Origin: Alphaproteobacteria bacterium
Lineage (GTDB): Bacteria; Pseudomonadota; Alphaproteobacteria; SP197
Direction of reading: 5' to 3'
DNA length: 64,000 nt
Assembly: GCA_964291265.2 (NCBI GenBank)
Contig: OZ219747.1
Span: forward strand, 2,592,001-2,656,000
Shown: one piece after another, positions 31,933-42,904 of the stretch
Layout: every line of letters starts with the position of its first letter
Position numbering within the stretch: the first letter of the stretch is position 1
Notes under the pieces: model-generated
Told to the model about the DNA's origin: nothing
The model's database searches: none
What the model saw: only the letters and a program-made list of their open reading frames with translations
Translations under genes and position numbers: made by a program

Positions 31933-33392
31933 CCAGTCTGGTGCTGCTGCTCGCCGTTGCCGTGCCGCTTGTCACTGCGGCAGGAGTCCTGGCGACGCAC
32001 CGCTGGTCCAACGTCAGGGAAGCGGTGAGTCTCGCCGGCGGCACGATCCTGTTCACCACCCTGGCCGTCGTGGCCGCGAACAGCGCCACGATACCCGAAC
32101 TGGTTGTCACGGAACCTGTCATCGGCCTTGCCCTCAAGTTTGCCCCGGAGCCGCTGGGTATCGCCTTCGCGCTCATGGCAAGCGGCCTGTGGGTGGTCAC
32201 GACGGTCTATTCGATCGGCTACATGCGCAGTCACCACGAGGCGCAACAGACCCGGTTCTTCGCCTTCTTCGCCATCTCCATCGCATCGGCGGTGGGTGTT
32301 GCCCTTGCCGGCAATCTCTTCACCCTCTTCGTGTTCTACGAAGCCTTGACGCTGTCGACCTTTCCGCTGGTCAGCCATGCCGGAACGGCACTGGCGAGAA
32401 GGGCGGGGCGAACCTATCTCGGCATCCTCATGGGAACATCCATCGGCATGTTCCTTGTGGCGATCGTTGTCACCTGGCAGGTGGCGGGGACGCTCGACTT
32501 CGTTCCGGGCGGAGTTCTCGATGGCAGGGTGACGGACCTGACCGCCGGGCTCCTGCTGGCACTCTATGTCTTCGGTGTCGGCAAGGCGGCCCTGATGCCG
32601 TTTCACCGCTGGTTGCCGGCGGCCATGGCGGCTCCGACACCGGCAAGCGCGCTGCTGCACGCCGTGGCCGTGGTCAAGGCGGGGGTCTTCACGATTCTCA
32701 AGATCTCCTGGTTCGTCTTCGGTTTCGATCTGCTGCAGGGCCTGCTGGTCCTTGACATCCTGCAGTGGGCCGCCGCCTTCACCATCGTTGCCGCGTCATT
32801 GGTGGCCATGACACGGGACAATCTCAAGGCAAGGCTCGCCTATTCGACAGTGAGCCAGCTCGCCTACATCGTCCTTGCAGCGCTGCTGGCCGGCGAAGCC
32901 GCCTTCGTTGCCGGCGGCCTTCACATGATCACCCACGCCTTCGCCAAGATCACCCTCTTCTTCTGCGCCGGCGCCGTTCTCGTGGTGACCCTGAAGACGC
33001 AGGTCTCGGAACTCGATGGCCTGGGACGCTCGATGCCGCTCACCATGACGGCGTTCACCATCGCCAGCCTCAGCATCATCGGCCTGCCGCCACTCGGCGG
33101 GTTGTGGAGCAAATGGCTGTTGTTCGAAAGCGCCCTGGCAGCCGGCCAGGAGCTGTTCATCGCCGTTCTTGCCATCAGCACCCTGCTCAACATTGGCTAC
33201 CTGTTGACGATTCCCTTCCGCGCCTTCCTGCGCGCTGCGCCGCAGGGAGAACCCACCACCTGGAACGAGGCTCCCGTCACCTGTCTGGCTGCCATGGTCA
33301 TCACGTCGCTGGGCTGCCTGGTTCTCTTCTTCATTCCCGATACCGTCACCGGGTGGCTGGACAGGGTCTTCATCATGGCGGAGGGTCGCTGA
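31929..33392 (+). CDS. Mrp/Mnh subunit D/A-like proton-conducting subunit
   Basis: FYE, HRWLP.AM.APTP.SALLHAVAVVKAG and LAYST motifs. Confidence 0.88.
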   Translation: MTSLVLLLAVAVPLVTAAGVLATHRWSNVREAVSLAGGTILFTTLAVVAANSATIPELVVTEPVIGLALKFAPEPLGIAFALMASGLWVVTTVYSIGYMRSHHEAQQTRFFAFFAISIASAVGVALAGNLFTLFVFYEALTLSTFPLVSHAGTALARRAGRTYLGILMGTSIGMFLVAIVVTWQVAGTLDFVPGGVLDGRVTDLTAGLLLALYVFGVGKAALMPFHRWLPAAMAAPTPASALLHAVAVVKAGVFTILKISWFVFGFDLLQGLLVLDILQWAAAFTIVAASLVAMTRDNLKARLAYSTVSQLAYIVLAALLAGEAAFVAGGLHMITHAFAKITLFFCAGAVLVVTLKTQVSELDGLGRSMPLTMTAFTIASLSIIGLPPLGGLWSKWLLFESALAAGQELFIAVLAISTLLNIGYLLTIPFRAFLRAAPQGEPTTWNEAPVTCLAAMVITSLGCLVLFFIPDTVTGWLDRVFIMAEGR

Positions 33393-33393
33393 C

Positions 33394-33642
33394 ATGAGCG
33401 AGGGAAGACGCCGTTTTCTGGACAACCCCGGGAACGTCCGCTGGATCATCCGGGCGCTCTATGGCCTGTGCCTGCTTCTGGTGGCCGCCGAATTCGTGGT
33501 GCACAGGCATATCGAACATCGCTTCGAAACGCTGTTCGGTTTCCATGCCTTCTACGGTCTTGTCGCCTGCGTCATCCTGGTGCTGGCGGCGCGTGAACTG
33601 CGCAAGCTCGTGATGCGCCGGGAAGATCACTACGATGACTAG
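33394..33642 (+). CDS. Small membrane protein of the mrp cluster
   Basis: Two hydrophobic segments; MR.EDHYD C-terminus; coupled to neighbours. Confidence 0.75.
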   Translation: MSEGRRRFLDNPGNVRWIIRALYGLCLLLVAAEFVVHRHIEHRFETLFGFHAFYGLVACVILVLAARELRKLVMRREDHYDD

Positions 33643-35335
33643 CGTGGCGCCGTTTCTGGTCTTCTTCGCCGGCGCGGCGACCGTCATGCTGTCGCCTGCG
33701 CGATGGCGTTCGGTCCTGCTGGTCGCCACACCCGTCGTCGGCGCCGTCAACCTGTGGTTTCTCGATCCCGCCACTGCGCCCGGCATCCCGTTCATGGGGT
33801 TCGATCTTGTCGTTCACGGCGGCGGCGACCGGCTTTCGCTTGTCTTTGCCTGGCTCTTCCACCTCGCCGCCCTGATCGCGGTGATCTACAGCCTGCACAT
33901 GTCGGACCGCCTCCAGCAGGTGGCAGCGCTGGCCTATGCCGGCTGTGCCCTCGGCGCCGTCCTCGCTGGCGACCTCGTCACCTTCTTCCTGTTCTGGGAA
34001 GGGCTGGCCCTGACATCGGCGGCACTGATCCTGGCACGGCGTCGAATGGGCTCGCTCCAAGCGTCCCTGCGCTACCTCGCGGTCCAGGTGACGTCGGGAC
34101 TGCTGCTCCTGGCCGGTATCGCGATGCTGCGCGCCGATGGCGAGGGCATCGGTCTTGTGGCCATGGAACTCGAAGGGGCGGCGGCGTGGCTCATCTTCCT
34201 GGCCCTCGGCATCAAGTGCGGCTTTCCACTGCTGCACGGATGGATCATCGACGCCTATCCGGAAGCGACCGAAACCGGCACCGTCCTGATGAGCGCATTC
34301 ACCACCAAGGTTGCGATCTATGCCCTGGCCCGGCTCTTTCCGGGAACCGGGGAGTTGATCTGGATCGGCGCGGCCATGACCATGTTCCCGATCTTCTATG
34401 CGGTCATCGAGAACGATCTCAGGCGCGTGCTGGCCTACAGCATGATCAACCAGCTGGGTTTCATGGTGGTGGGAATCGGCGTCGGCACGGAGTTGGCCCT
34501 CAACGGCGCTGTCAGCCACGCCTTCAACGATGTCCTGTTCAAGGGCCTCCTGTTCATGACCATGGGCGCCGTGCTCCATCGCACCGGCCGCATGGGTGGC
34601 TCGGAACTCGGCGGACTCTACCGCACCATGCCGGCGACCACGGGACTGTGCATTGTGGGTGCGGCCTCCATCTCGGCCTTTCCGCTGTTCTCGGGGTTCG
34701 TGTCGAAATCGATGATCATGGTCGCGGTCATCGAGGAAGGCCATGGATGGGTATGGCTGGCCCTGCTCTTTGCTTCCGCCGGGGTGTTCCACCATGCCGG
34801 CATCAAGATTCCCTTCTTTGCCTTCTTTGCCCACGACTCCGGGCTGCGCCCGAAGGAAGCGCCGCGGGCCATGCTGGTGGCGATGGCGGTCGCTGCCTCG
34901 GGCTGTCTCGTGATCGGAATGTGGCCGGATCTCCTCTACCGCATGCTGCCCTACCCTGTTCACTACGAGCCCTATACCTGGTCCCACATCCTGACGCAGT
35001 GCCAGCTGCTCTTCTTCTCGGCCCTTGCCTTCACGCTGCTCAAGCTCTATCGGCTCTATCCACCGGAACTGCCGGGTGTCAATGTCGATGCCGACTGGTG
35101 CTATCGTTGGCTGTTGCCGAGGCTGGCGCGTCACGCTCTCCGTCTGGGCCGCGATGCCGCCGTGCCGTTGCGCGCGGCGGCGCTGTCGTTGATGGCGGGT
35201 GTGACGGGTGTGGGCCGGCGCTGGGGCGGGCCGTCGGGCATCCTGGCGCGTGATCCGGTGACCGGCACCGCGTCACTTGTGGTGCTGTTCCTGTTTGCCC
35301 TCGTGCTCGTGCTGCATCTCGCGCGCGGCCTGTGA
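33635..35335 (+). CDS. Mrp/Mnh subunit D-like
   Basis: FWE, LH.W..DAYPE, SAFTTK and LFKGLLFM motifs. Confidence 0.88.
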   Translation: MTSVAPFLVFFAGAATVMLSPARWRSVLLVATPVVGAVNLWFLDPATAPGIPFMGFDLVVHGGGDRLSLVFAWLFHLAALIAVIYSLHMSDRLQQVAALAYAGCALGAVLAGDLVTFFLFWEGLALTSAALILARRRMGSLQASLRYLAVQVTSGLLLLAGIAMLRADGEGIGLVAMELEGAAAWLIFLALGIKCGFPLLHGWIIDAYPEATETGTVLMSAFTTKVAIYALARLFPGTGELIWIGAAMTMFPIFYAVIENDLRRVLAYSMINQLGFMVVGIGVGTELALNGAVSHAFNDVLFKGLLFMTMGAVLHRTGRMGGSELGGLYRTMPATTGLCIVGAASISAFPLFSGFVSKSMIMVAVIEEGHGWVWLALLFASAGVFHHAGIKIPFFAFFAHDSGLRPKEAPRAMLVAMAVAASGCLVIGMWPDLLYRMLPYPVHYEPYTWSHILTQCQLLFFSALAFTLLKLYRLYPPELPGVNVDADWCYRWLLPRLARHALRLGRDAAVPLRAAALSLMAGVTGVGRRWGGPSGILARDPVTGTASLVVLFLFALVLVLHLARGL

Positions 35336-35347
35336 AGGATCTGGCCG

Positions 35348-35932
35348 ATGAATCTGTCCGGCGAACATCGCATCAATGCGCCACGCGAGACGGTGTGGCA
35401 GGCTCTCAACGATCCCGTCGTCCTGCGCCAGGCGATACCGGGCTGCGAGACGATGGAACGGGAATCGCCGACCGCCTTCACCGCCCGGGTGAAGGCGAAG
35501 ATCGGTCCCGTGTCGGCGGTCTTCTCCGGAAGAGTCGAACTGAAGGATCTCGACCCCCCTGCAGGATGCGTGCTCAGCGCAGAAGGCAAGGGAGGAGTGG
35601 CGGGCTTTGCCAGTGGCGATGCGAGGGTCACCCTTCTCGAGGACGGAGAAGGAACGCTTCTTGGATATGAAGCCGAGGGGAGTGTCGGAGGCAAGCTCGC
35701 CCAGGTGGGAGCGCGTCTCGTGGAGGCCAGTGCAGTCAAGATCGCCAACACCTTCTTCCACCGTCTCGACGGCCTCGTAGCCCCTCTGGCAACACTTCCG
35801 CCGCCCTTGCCCGCCGATGCCTCTGCGTCGGCCGGACACAGGACGTCGCAAGCCGCCCTGGAACGGGTGTTCATCGCCCTGGCAGTCGCCCTGGTGAGCG
35901 CCCTTGGCATTGTTGCGGCCTTCTTCCAGTGA
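35348..35932 (+). CDS. coxG: CoxG (SRPBCC) protein
   Basis: VW..LNDP.VL...IPGC and [10 protein letters not shown] motifs. Confidence 0.88.
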   Translation: MNLSGEHRINAPRETVWQALNDPVVLRQAIPGCETMERESPTAFTARVKAKIGPVSAVFSGRVELKDLDPPAGCVLSAEGKGGVAGFASGDARVTLLEDGEGTLLGYEAEGSVGGKLAQVGARLVEASAVKIANTFFHRLDGLVAPLATLPPPLPADASASAGHRTSQAALERVFIALAVALVSALGIVAAFFQ

Positions 35933-35936
35933 GGAC

Positions 35937-36425
<489 letters not shown>

Positions 36426-36431
36426 GGGACC

Positions 36432-37226
36432 GTGTACGCCTTCCGCTATCACCGTGCCGGGTCGATCGACGAAGCCGTGCGTCTCCACGCAAGCTGCGAG
36501 GATCCAGGCTACCTCGCCGGGGGCCACACGTTGTTGCCGACGCTGAAAATGCGCCTCGCCCGGCCGAGTGATCTCATCGATCTGGAGGACATCGGCGCGC
36601 TGAAGCACACCTCCACCGGCACGGGCACACTCACCATCGGAGCCGGTGTGCGTCACAACGACGTGGCACGCATGACGCACCCCATCCCGGCCCTCGCCGG
36701 CCTCGCCGGCCAGATCGGCGACTTCCAGGTACGCAACCGGGGCACGCTCGGCGGCTCGATCGCCAATGCGGATCCGGCCGCGGACTATCCGGCGGCCCTG
36801 GTGGGTCTTGGCGCCACGGTCATCACCGACCGGCGGCAGATCGCTGCCGACGATTTCTTCGTCGATCTCTTCGAGACGGCACTCGAGGAGGGCGAACTCG
36901 TCACCTCGGTCGTCTTTCCCGAACCGCGCCGCGCCGCCTACATGAAGTTTCCGAACCCGGCGTCGCGCTATGCCATTGTCGGCGTCTTCGTCGCCTCGAC
37001 GGCCTCGGGCATGCGTGTCGCCGTCACGGGGGCCGGAGCCTGCGTCTTCCGGGTGACTGACATGGAAGCGGCACTTGCCCGCGACTTCTCTCCCGACGCC
37101 ATCGCCGACATCCAGGTTCCCGATGACGGCCTCAACAGCGACATCCATGCCACGCCCGACTACCGCGCCCACCTCGTCACGGTGATGGCCAGAAGGGCCG
37201 TCGCCCGCGCCAACGCCCCTCCCTGA
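36432..37226 (+). CDS. coxM: Molybdenum hydroxylase FAD subunit
   Basis: AGGHTL and QVRNRGTLGGS motifs. Confidence 0.92.
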   Translation: MYAFRYHRAGSIDEAVRLHASCEDPGYLAGGHTLLPTLKMRLARPSDLIDLEDIGALKHTSTGTGTLTIGAGVRHNDVARMTHPIPALAGLAGQIGDFQVRNRGTLGGSIANADPAADYPAALVGLGATVITDRRQIAADDFFVDLFETALEEGELVTSVVFPEPRRAAYMKFPNPASRYAIVGVFVASTASGMRVAVTGAGACVFRVTDMEAALARDFSPDAIADIQVPDDGLNSDIHATPDYRAHLVTVMARRAVARANAPP

Positions 37227-37299
37227 CGACCGCCCGGTCGCTCAGGCGGCGGTCATCCTTGCCTGCGGCCGGCAAGCCCGTATCGATCAGGCAGCCGAC

Positions 37300-38490
37300 C
37301 TAGCCACGCTTGGGCGGTCCGGCCTCCAGCACGTTCCGGACATGCTGATACCTGACATCGAGCGACCGGGCTATGGTTGCTCGAGGCCAACCGAGCTGGT
37401 CGAGTACTCGGATCTTGGCAGACGTGGTAAGACCAGATCCCTCGAGTTCGGGGGGGAGGGGCTTGACCTCCCCCTTGGCCCGGGTTGTTGATCGAGCTGT
37501 CTCGGCTTCGACCAGTTTGGCAATGTCGGTTGAGTTGCCGTGTGCGCCCCGCGCCTGCGCGAGCAGGCAGAGGATCTCGTACATCATGGTGGCTCCGACC
37601 AGGGCGGTGTTTCCCGTCTGGTCGAACGGCGGCGCCACCTCCACGACATCGCCGCCGCGCAGGTCGAGGCCGCCGAGGCCCCTGAGCAGCCTTTGCGCAT
37701 CGATCGTCGTCATGCCGCCGATCTCCGGGGTTCCGGTACCGGGCGCATAGACCGGGTCGAGGCCGTCCACGTCGAACGAGATGTACGTCGGGCCGTCGCC
37801 GACCACGCGGCGCGCTTCCTCGATCGTCGCGTCGACGCCCATGTCGTCGAACTCCTCCATGAACACCACGCGCATTCCCTGGTCCAGGGAATAATCCCAG
37901 CCCTCCGACGTGTTCTGCGCGCCCCGGATACCGATCTGAATCGTTCTCCCCGGGTCCAGGAGACCGTCTTCGACGGCCCGCCGGAAAGGGGCGCCGTGGG
38001 TGAACCTGGATCCCTGGAACTCGTCCCAGGTGTCCGTATGGGCATCGATATGGACCATGCCCAGACTCTCGTCGGCCGCGATCGCCCTGAAGATGGGATA
38101 GGTGATCGAATGATCGCCGCCGGCCGTCAGCGGAAACGCCCGGTGCCGGTGAACGTCGCGGTAGAACGCCGCAATCTCCTCGACGACTGCCGTGTCCTCG
38201 AAAATCCGGGTGAAACGGACATCACCGAGATCCGCAACTCTGCAGAGCTCATAGGGATTGCACCGTGACACGTGATGGATGGAGCGCATGAGGCTCGACA
38301 TGTTGCGGATCTCGCGCGGACCGTGCCGGGCGCCGGCCCTGTTCGTCGTTCCACCGTCATAGGGCACGCCGATCAGCGCAATGTCGACACCTTCGGCCGT
38401 GGCGGCGTACGGCGTGCGCATGAACGTCGCGATCTCGCCGTAGCGCGGCGCGACCATCGGGTCGAATCCTGTTGTCTGTCGTTCGTTCAC
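37300..38490 (-). CDS. speB: Agmatinase/guanidinobutyrase-family ureohydrolase with C-terminal HTH-like extension
   Basis: GGDHS, DAHTD and SFDVD.LDP motifs; about 75 extra C-terminal residues. Confidence 0.85.
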   Translation of the reverse strand: MNERQTTGFDPMVAPRYGEIATFMRTPYAATAEGVDIALIGVPYDGGTTNRAGARHGPREIRNMSSLMRSIHHVSRCNPYELCRVADLGDVRFTRIFEDTAVVEEIAAFYRDVHRHRAFPLTAGGDHSITYPIFRAIAADESLGMVHIDAHTDTWDEFQGSRFTHGAPFRRAVEDGLLDPGRTIQIGIRGAQNTSEGWDYSLDQGMRVVFMEEFDDMGVDATIEEARRVVGDGPTYISFDVDGLDPVYAPGTGTPEIGGMTTIDAQRLLRGLGGLDLRGGDVVEVAPPFDQTGNTALVGATMMYEILCLLAQARGAHGNSTDIAKLVEAETARSTTRAKGEVKPLPPELEGSGLTTSAKIRVLDQLGWPRATIARSLDVRYQHVRNVLEAGPPKRG

Positions 38491-38616
38491 GGACTGATGC
38501 TCCCTTCGCCCGGGTGTTCACGGTCATGCCGTTCGAAGGGACCGGGACCTGTCGGACAGGACGGATTCGACACGACATCCCGATCGCTGAACAATTCAAT
38601 TCTGTACATGGATTCT

Positions 38617-38631
38617 TCGATGACAGTCGAT
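38617..38631. promoter_or_regulatory. Candidate LysR operator TCGAT-N4-GTCGAT in the divergent speB/lysR region
   Basis: The same motif is at the centre of the 39750-39791 palindrome. Confidence 0.55.
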
Positions 38632-38645
38632 GTAACGTTGCGACC

Positions 38646-39578
38646 ATGCTGCACAACGTGTCCAATCCCGACCTTCACCTTCTCCGTGTCTTCATGGCCG
38701 TGGTCGAGGCGGGCGGCTTCTCGGCAGCCCAGATCAGCCTGAACGTCGCGCAGTCGACGATCAGCACCCAGATGACAGATCTGGAAACCCGTCTTGGAAT
38801 GCGACTCTGCAATCGGGGACGGACGGGGTTCTCCCTGACCGACGATGGTCGCGTCGTCTACGAAGCCGCCCGGGAGCTGTTCCGTTCGATGAGCAACTTC
38901 AGGACAAGGGTAAACGATCGAAGGGGCGGCCTGGCGGGCACGCTGCGGGTTGCGTTCGCCGATGCGCTGTTGAGCAATCCCGACTTCAGACTCGATGACG
39001 CGATCCTGCACTTCATTGCGGAGGCGCCGGACGTCGAGCTTGAACTGAAGACAGCAAACCCGCTGGATATCGAGCATGGCGTGCTGAACGGCAGATATCA
39101 TGCCGGCATCCATACGTTTCCGAATCATGCGCCCGGACTGACCTATACCAAGCTCTTCGCGGAACGCCAGACGCTCTATTGCGGAGAAAGGCATCCGCTT
39201 TTCGGGATTCCCGATTCGGAACTGAAGCCCGGGGACATCGAACGGCTCCCGTTCGTCAGGCGAACCTACTACGGGGGAACGCTTCAGACGGGAGCGTTCC
39301 GGCCCAGGAGGGTCGTCGCCAATGCCGATTCCATGGAGGCGCTGGCGTTGCTGGTCCTTTCGGGGGAAATGATCGGCCACCTGCCGGCTGAATGGGTCAG
39401 GAACAGTGTCATGTGCACCAGGCTTCAGGCTCTGATCGAGGACAGGTTCTCATACGATTCCAGCTTCGAAATCGTCATCAAGACCGGCACTCAGAACACG
39501 AAGCTGGTGCGGACGTTCCTGCGCGAGGTGTTCTCGCTCCATGGCGTCAGCAATCTGGGCATCAAACCGAAGCGTTGA
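38646..39578 (+). CDS. LysR family regulator (GbuR/GpuR-like context)
   Basis: GGFSAAQ..LNVAQSTIS HTH motif. Confidence 0.92.
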   Translation: MLHNVSNPDLHLLRVFMAVVEAGGFSAAQISLNVAQSTISTQMTDLETRLGMRLCNRGRTGFSLTDDGRVVYEAARELFRSMSNFRTRVNDRRGGLAGTLRVAFADALLSNPDFRLDDAILHFIAEAPDVELELKTANPLDIEHGVLNGRYHAGIHTFPNHAPGLTYTKLFAERQTLYCGERHPLFGIPDSELKPGDIERLPFVRRTYYGGTLQTGAFRPRRVVANADSMEALALLVLSGEMIGHLPAEWVRNSVMCTRLQALIEDRFSYDSSFEIVIKTGTQNTKLVRTFLREVFSLHGVSNLGIKPKR

Positions 39579-39749
39579 GGTGCAGTCCGGTCGCGTGCCG
39601 GCGTTCGAAGCTCAGCACCTGCCCATTTTGCGCCTGACGCCGCGTGGCTTGGCGGGCTGCGTGCGGCTCGCTTCAGCCAGAGCCATTGCGCCGGAGGGGA
39701 CCGGATCTGCCAACGCAACTCCGTATTCCCGGACAATGGTATGGGAAGG

Positions 39750-39791
39750 TGGCGTACTTCATATCGATAAACGTCGATATGAAGTACGCCA
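39750..39791. promoter_or_regulatory. Perfect 18-bp inverted repeat upstream of the ABC operon
   Basis: TGGCGTACTTCATATCGA-taaacg-TCGATATGAAGTACGCCA. Confidence 0.65.
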
Positions 39792-39989
39792 TCCTCATAT
39801 TCTTGCAGATCGCTCCTTGCGACACCGTTCCTGGTTCATGGGGCCGAAGCACATGGAGAGAGGTTGAGAGACCTCGGGCGGCCAACCTGATACGGTGACG
39901 AACCGAGCGTCAGGTTCGCCCTTGCAGCTTTTCTGCCGGTGCGGTCCCGATGCGCCGCTAAGGGCATGTGTCAATTCAGGAGAGCCAAC

Positions 39990-41051
39990 ATGAGCAAGAA
40001 GACAGCCAGGTCCTTCCTTCAGATGTCGGGCCGTTCCCTGTTCCGTGCCGCTGCAGTCAGTGTGACGTTCTCTTCGTTCATCCTGGCCGGTCTGATCGGA
40101 TCGGTTCAGCCTTCGACAGCGGACAACGTGGTGCGTTGCGCCTATCCGTTCTGGTTCGGCTTCGCGCCGGCGCCGGTCGCCAACGAAATGGGCTACTTCG
40201 CCGAGGAGGGCATCGAATTCGAAGCCGTCTTCGACAATGATCGGGCCAATGTCCTTCCGGGTCTCGAGTCGGGCGACATCAACTGCACCATGCGCACGAT
40301 CGGCGAGCATATCTCTCGCCCCATGAGCGCTGATTCGAACCTGGTCGTCATTGGATTGATCGACATCTCGGTCGGAGCCGACGGCGTCGTCGGCGCCCCG
40401 GGGATCGACTCGGTCGTGGACCTCGTGGGAAAGACCTTCGCGGGCGAGATCAACCATCCCGGAACCGTGATGACGGCGCACGCGCTGAAGCAGGCGGGAT
40501 ACAGCCTGGACGACGTCAACCTGCGACTGATCGCAACCGACGACAGCCCGGCCGTTTTCGAGGACCCTGAAGTCGCGGCTGTCGCGTCCTGGGAGCCGAT
40601 GTTGAGCGAGATCGTGGCGAACACGTCGCGCGAAGGATCGAAGATCCTGCTGTCCTCCAAGGATTTCGACGGCCTGATTACCGATGTGGTCATTGTCAAC
40701 CGCGACGACTACGAGGCCAACAGGGAGAAGTATGCGGGCTTCATGCGCGGCATCTACCGGGCCGTCGACCTCTACAACTCGGATCCCGACAAGTTCCTGG
40801 AGCTGGCCGCTCCCGGATACGACGTGACGCCGGAGCAGATGGCCGTTGACCTTGCGGGCGTGTACTACACGACCTACGAGGACGCCGTCGCGTACTTCGG
40901 AACGGACGGTTCGGAACCGAAACTCAAGCAGATCACGGAAGATCTGACGGCGATCAATCTCGATCTGGATCTCATGGACGAAGCCATCCCCTATGAGTTT
41001 CTGGTCGACGCGTCGACGACGAAGGATCTGTTCGAAGGCAGGACTCGTTGA
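39990..41051 (+). CDS. NitT/TauT-family ABC substrate-binding protein
   Basis: Signal peptide; W.G.AP, GYF.EEG, D.S.GADG and WEP motifs. Confidence 0.88.
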   Translation: MSKKTARSFLQMSGRSLFRAAAVSVTFSSFILAGLIGSVQPSTADNVVRCAYPFWFGFAPAPVANEMGYFAEEGIEFEAVFDNDRANVLPGLESGDINCTMRTIGEHISRPMSADSNLVVIGLIDISVGADGVVGAPGIDSVVDLVGKTFAGEINHPGTVMTAHALKQAGYSLDDVNLRLIATDDSPAVFEDPEVAAVASWEPMLSEIVANTSREGSKILLSSKDFDGLITDVVIVNRDDYEANREKYAGFMRGIYRAVDLYNSDPDKFLELAAPGYDVTPEQMAVDLAGVYYTTYEDAVAYFGTDGSEPKLKQITEDLTAINLDLDLMDEAIPYEFLVDASTTKDLFEGRTR

Positions 41052-41246
41052 TCGAATTGTCTGACGGCGTTTGTGTCCGGGTTGGTGCGCACTCCGCAGA
41101 CCCTCGTGCCTGCCTGGACACGCCGTCTTCCCGCAGAGGCGGCGTGTCCCGTCCCGTGGTACCTCAACACCATGGAATGATGTCGCGCGGTGGCGGTGCG
41201 ATCCGCCACATCTCCGTGGTATGAAGAACCCGAGGGCGGCGGATCC

Positions 41247-42089
41247 ATGGGAAAGACTGACATGCCGGGCACGGCAGGCCGGGGACTGGCGAGCGGCTCC
41301 GGGCAGATGCTGGGGGCGCTCGTCGCCTATCGCGGCGCGACAGGCGGCCGCGCAAACCTGACACTGGGAATCGTTGCGTTCGTTCTGTTCATCGCGGTCT
41401 GGTACCTCATCGTGCTCACGGGGCTCGTTACGGAGCGGTTTCTTCCCTATCCGGGCGTCGTCATCGGGACCATGGCGCAACTGCTCGTGACGGAGAGTTT
41501 CTTGAACGATGTCTGGATCTCCGTCGCCCGCGTCTGGGGCGCGTTTCTTCTCTCGGTCGCCGCCGCCGTGCCGATCGGGATCTGGATGAGCAGCTACAGG
41601 ATCGTCGGCGCATTGGTCGAACCGATCGTCGACTTCATTCGCTACCTGCCGGTTCCCGCTCTCGTGCCCCTTCTCATCATCTGGTTTGGAATCGGGGAGG
41701 CGTCCAAGGTCGCCGTGCTGTGGATGGGGACGTTCTTCCAGCTGGTTCTGCTGATCGCCGACGACGCGAAGCGCATTCCGCGGGAGTTCGTCGAAACGGG
41801 CTACACGCTGGGCGCCAGACCGCGACAGATCACTCGCAGCATCGTCCTTCCGTCGATGCTGCCCACCATGGTGGACAATCTCAGGATCACGCTCGGCTGG
41901 TGCTGGACGTGGATCATCGTTGCCGAGATCGTTGCCGCCAACAGCGGAATAGGCCACTACATCTGGTCGATGAGGCGCTTCCTGAAGACGCCGGAAGTGA
42001 TGGCCGGCATTCTGGTGGTGGGCATCATCGGACTGCTCACCGATCAGGCTGTCCGCATCGCCCATAGGCGGCTGTTCAGGTATCTGTGA
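41247..42089 (+). CDS. ABC permease (NitT/TauT)
   Basis: RYLP.PAL.PL.I.WFGIGE motif and EAA-like loop. Confidence 0.9.
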   Translation: MGKTDMPGTAGRGLASGSGQMLGALVAYRGATGGRANLTLGIVAFVLFIAVWYLIVLTGLVTERFLPYPGVVIGTMAQLLVTESFLNDVWISVARVWGAFLLSVAAAVPIGIWMSSYRIVGALVEPIVDFIRYLPVPALVPLLIIWFGIGEASKVAVLWMGTFFQLVLLIADDAKRIPREFVETGYTLGARPRQITRSIVLPSMLPTMVDNLRITLGWCWTWIIVAEIVAANSGIGHYIWSMRRFLKTPEVMAGILVVGIIGLLTDQAVRIAHRRLFRYL

Positions 42090-42097
42090 GGCCGGAC

Positions 42098-42904
42098 ATG
42101 ACCATGAACCAGCCCCGGGCTTTCGTCCAGATTCAGGATGTCTTCAAGGAGTTCGATACCGAAGGCAGGGGCGCCGCTCCGATCCCCGTGATCGACGGCG
42201 TGTCGATGGATATCCGCGAGGGAGAGTTCGTTGTCTACCTCGGTCCCTCCGGGTGCGGGAAGACCACCTTGATGCGCATCGTCGGAGGCCTTGAGACCGC
42301 GACGACCGGCGAAGTGCTCCTGGGCGGCGAGCGGGTCACGGGACCGGACCGGCGCAAGGGGATGGTCTTCCAGGCCTACACGTCGTTTCCATGGCTCACG
42401 GTTCTCCAGAACATCAGGTTCGGGACCAAGTATCGCGACGATGTCGGCGAGCCGGAGCGCGATGAGATCGCAAGACACTACCTGCAGCTCGTCGGGCTCG
42501 CGGACTTCGCCGATTTCTACGTCAACCGGATTTCCGGCGGCATGCGGCAGCGGGTCGCCATCGCGCGGACGCTTGCGGCGGCCCCGGACATCCTGCTGAT
42601 GGATGAGCCGTTCGGCGCCCTCGATGCGCAGACGCGCGATTTCCTTCAGGAGCAGCTCCTGGAAATCTGCCGAGCGGAGCGCAAGGCCGTGATCTTCGTC
42701 ACACACGATGTGGAAGAGGCGGTCTTCCTTGCGGACCGCGTGTTTATGTTCTCCGCCCGGCCGGCCCGGGTCATCGAGGAGATCGACGTCAATCGGGCGA
42801 TCGGTTCCGAGCGGATGGCGCAGACGAAGGAAACAGACACCTTCTTTCATCTGAGGAATCATGTCCGCGACCTGATGCGTGATCAGGCAAGAGCGCTGGG
42901 ATGA
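42098..42904 (+). CDS. ABC ATP-binding protein
   Basis: GPSGCGKT, ISGGMRQR and DEPFGALD motifs. Confidence 0.93.
   Translation: MTMNQPRAFVQIQDVFKEFDTEGRGAAPIPVIDGVSMDIREGEFVVYLGPSGCGKTTLMRIVGGLETATTGEVLLGGERVTGPDRRKGMVFQAYTSFPWLTVLQNIRFGTKYRDDVGEPERDEIARHYLQLVGLADFADFYVNRISGGMRQRVAIARTLAAAPDILLMDEPFGALDAQTRDFLQEQLLEICRAERKAVIFVTHDVEEAVFLADRVFMFSARPARVIEEIDVNRAIGSERMAQTKETDTFFHLRNHVRDLMRDQARALG

Noticed and set aside
39580-39990. Guanidine riboswitch upstream of the ABC transporter
   Set aside because: No recognisable ykkC-class motif by eye; an Rfam scan would be needed.
39795-42065. Long antisense ORFs (e.g. 39795-42065, 58385-60328, 23576-25384)
   Set aside because: Shadow or alternative frames of well-supported genes in high-GC DNA, with no motifs.
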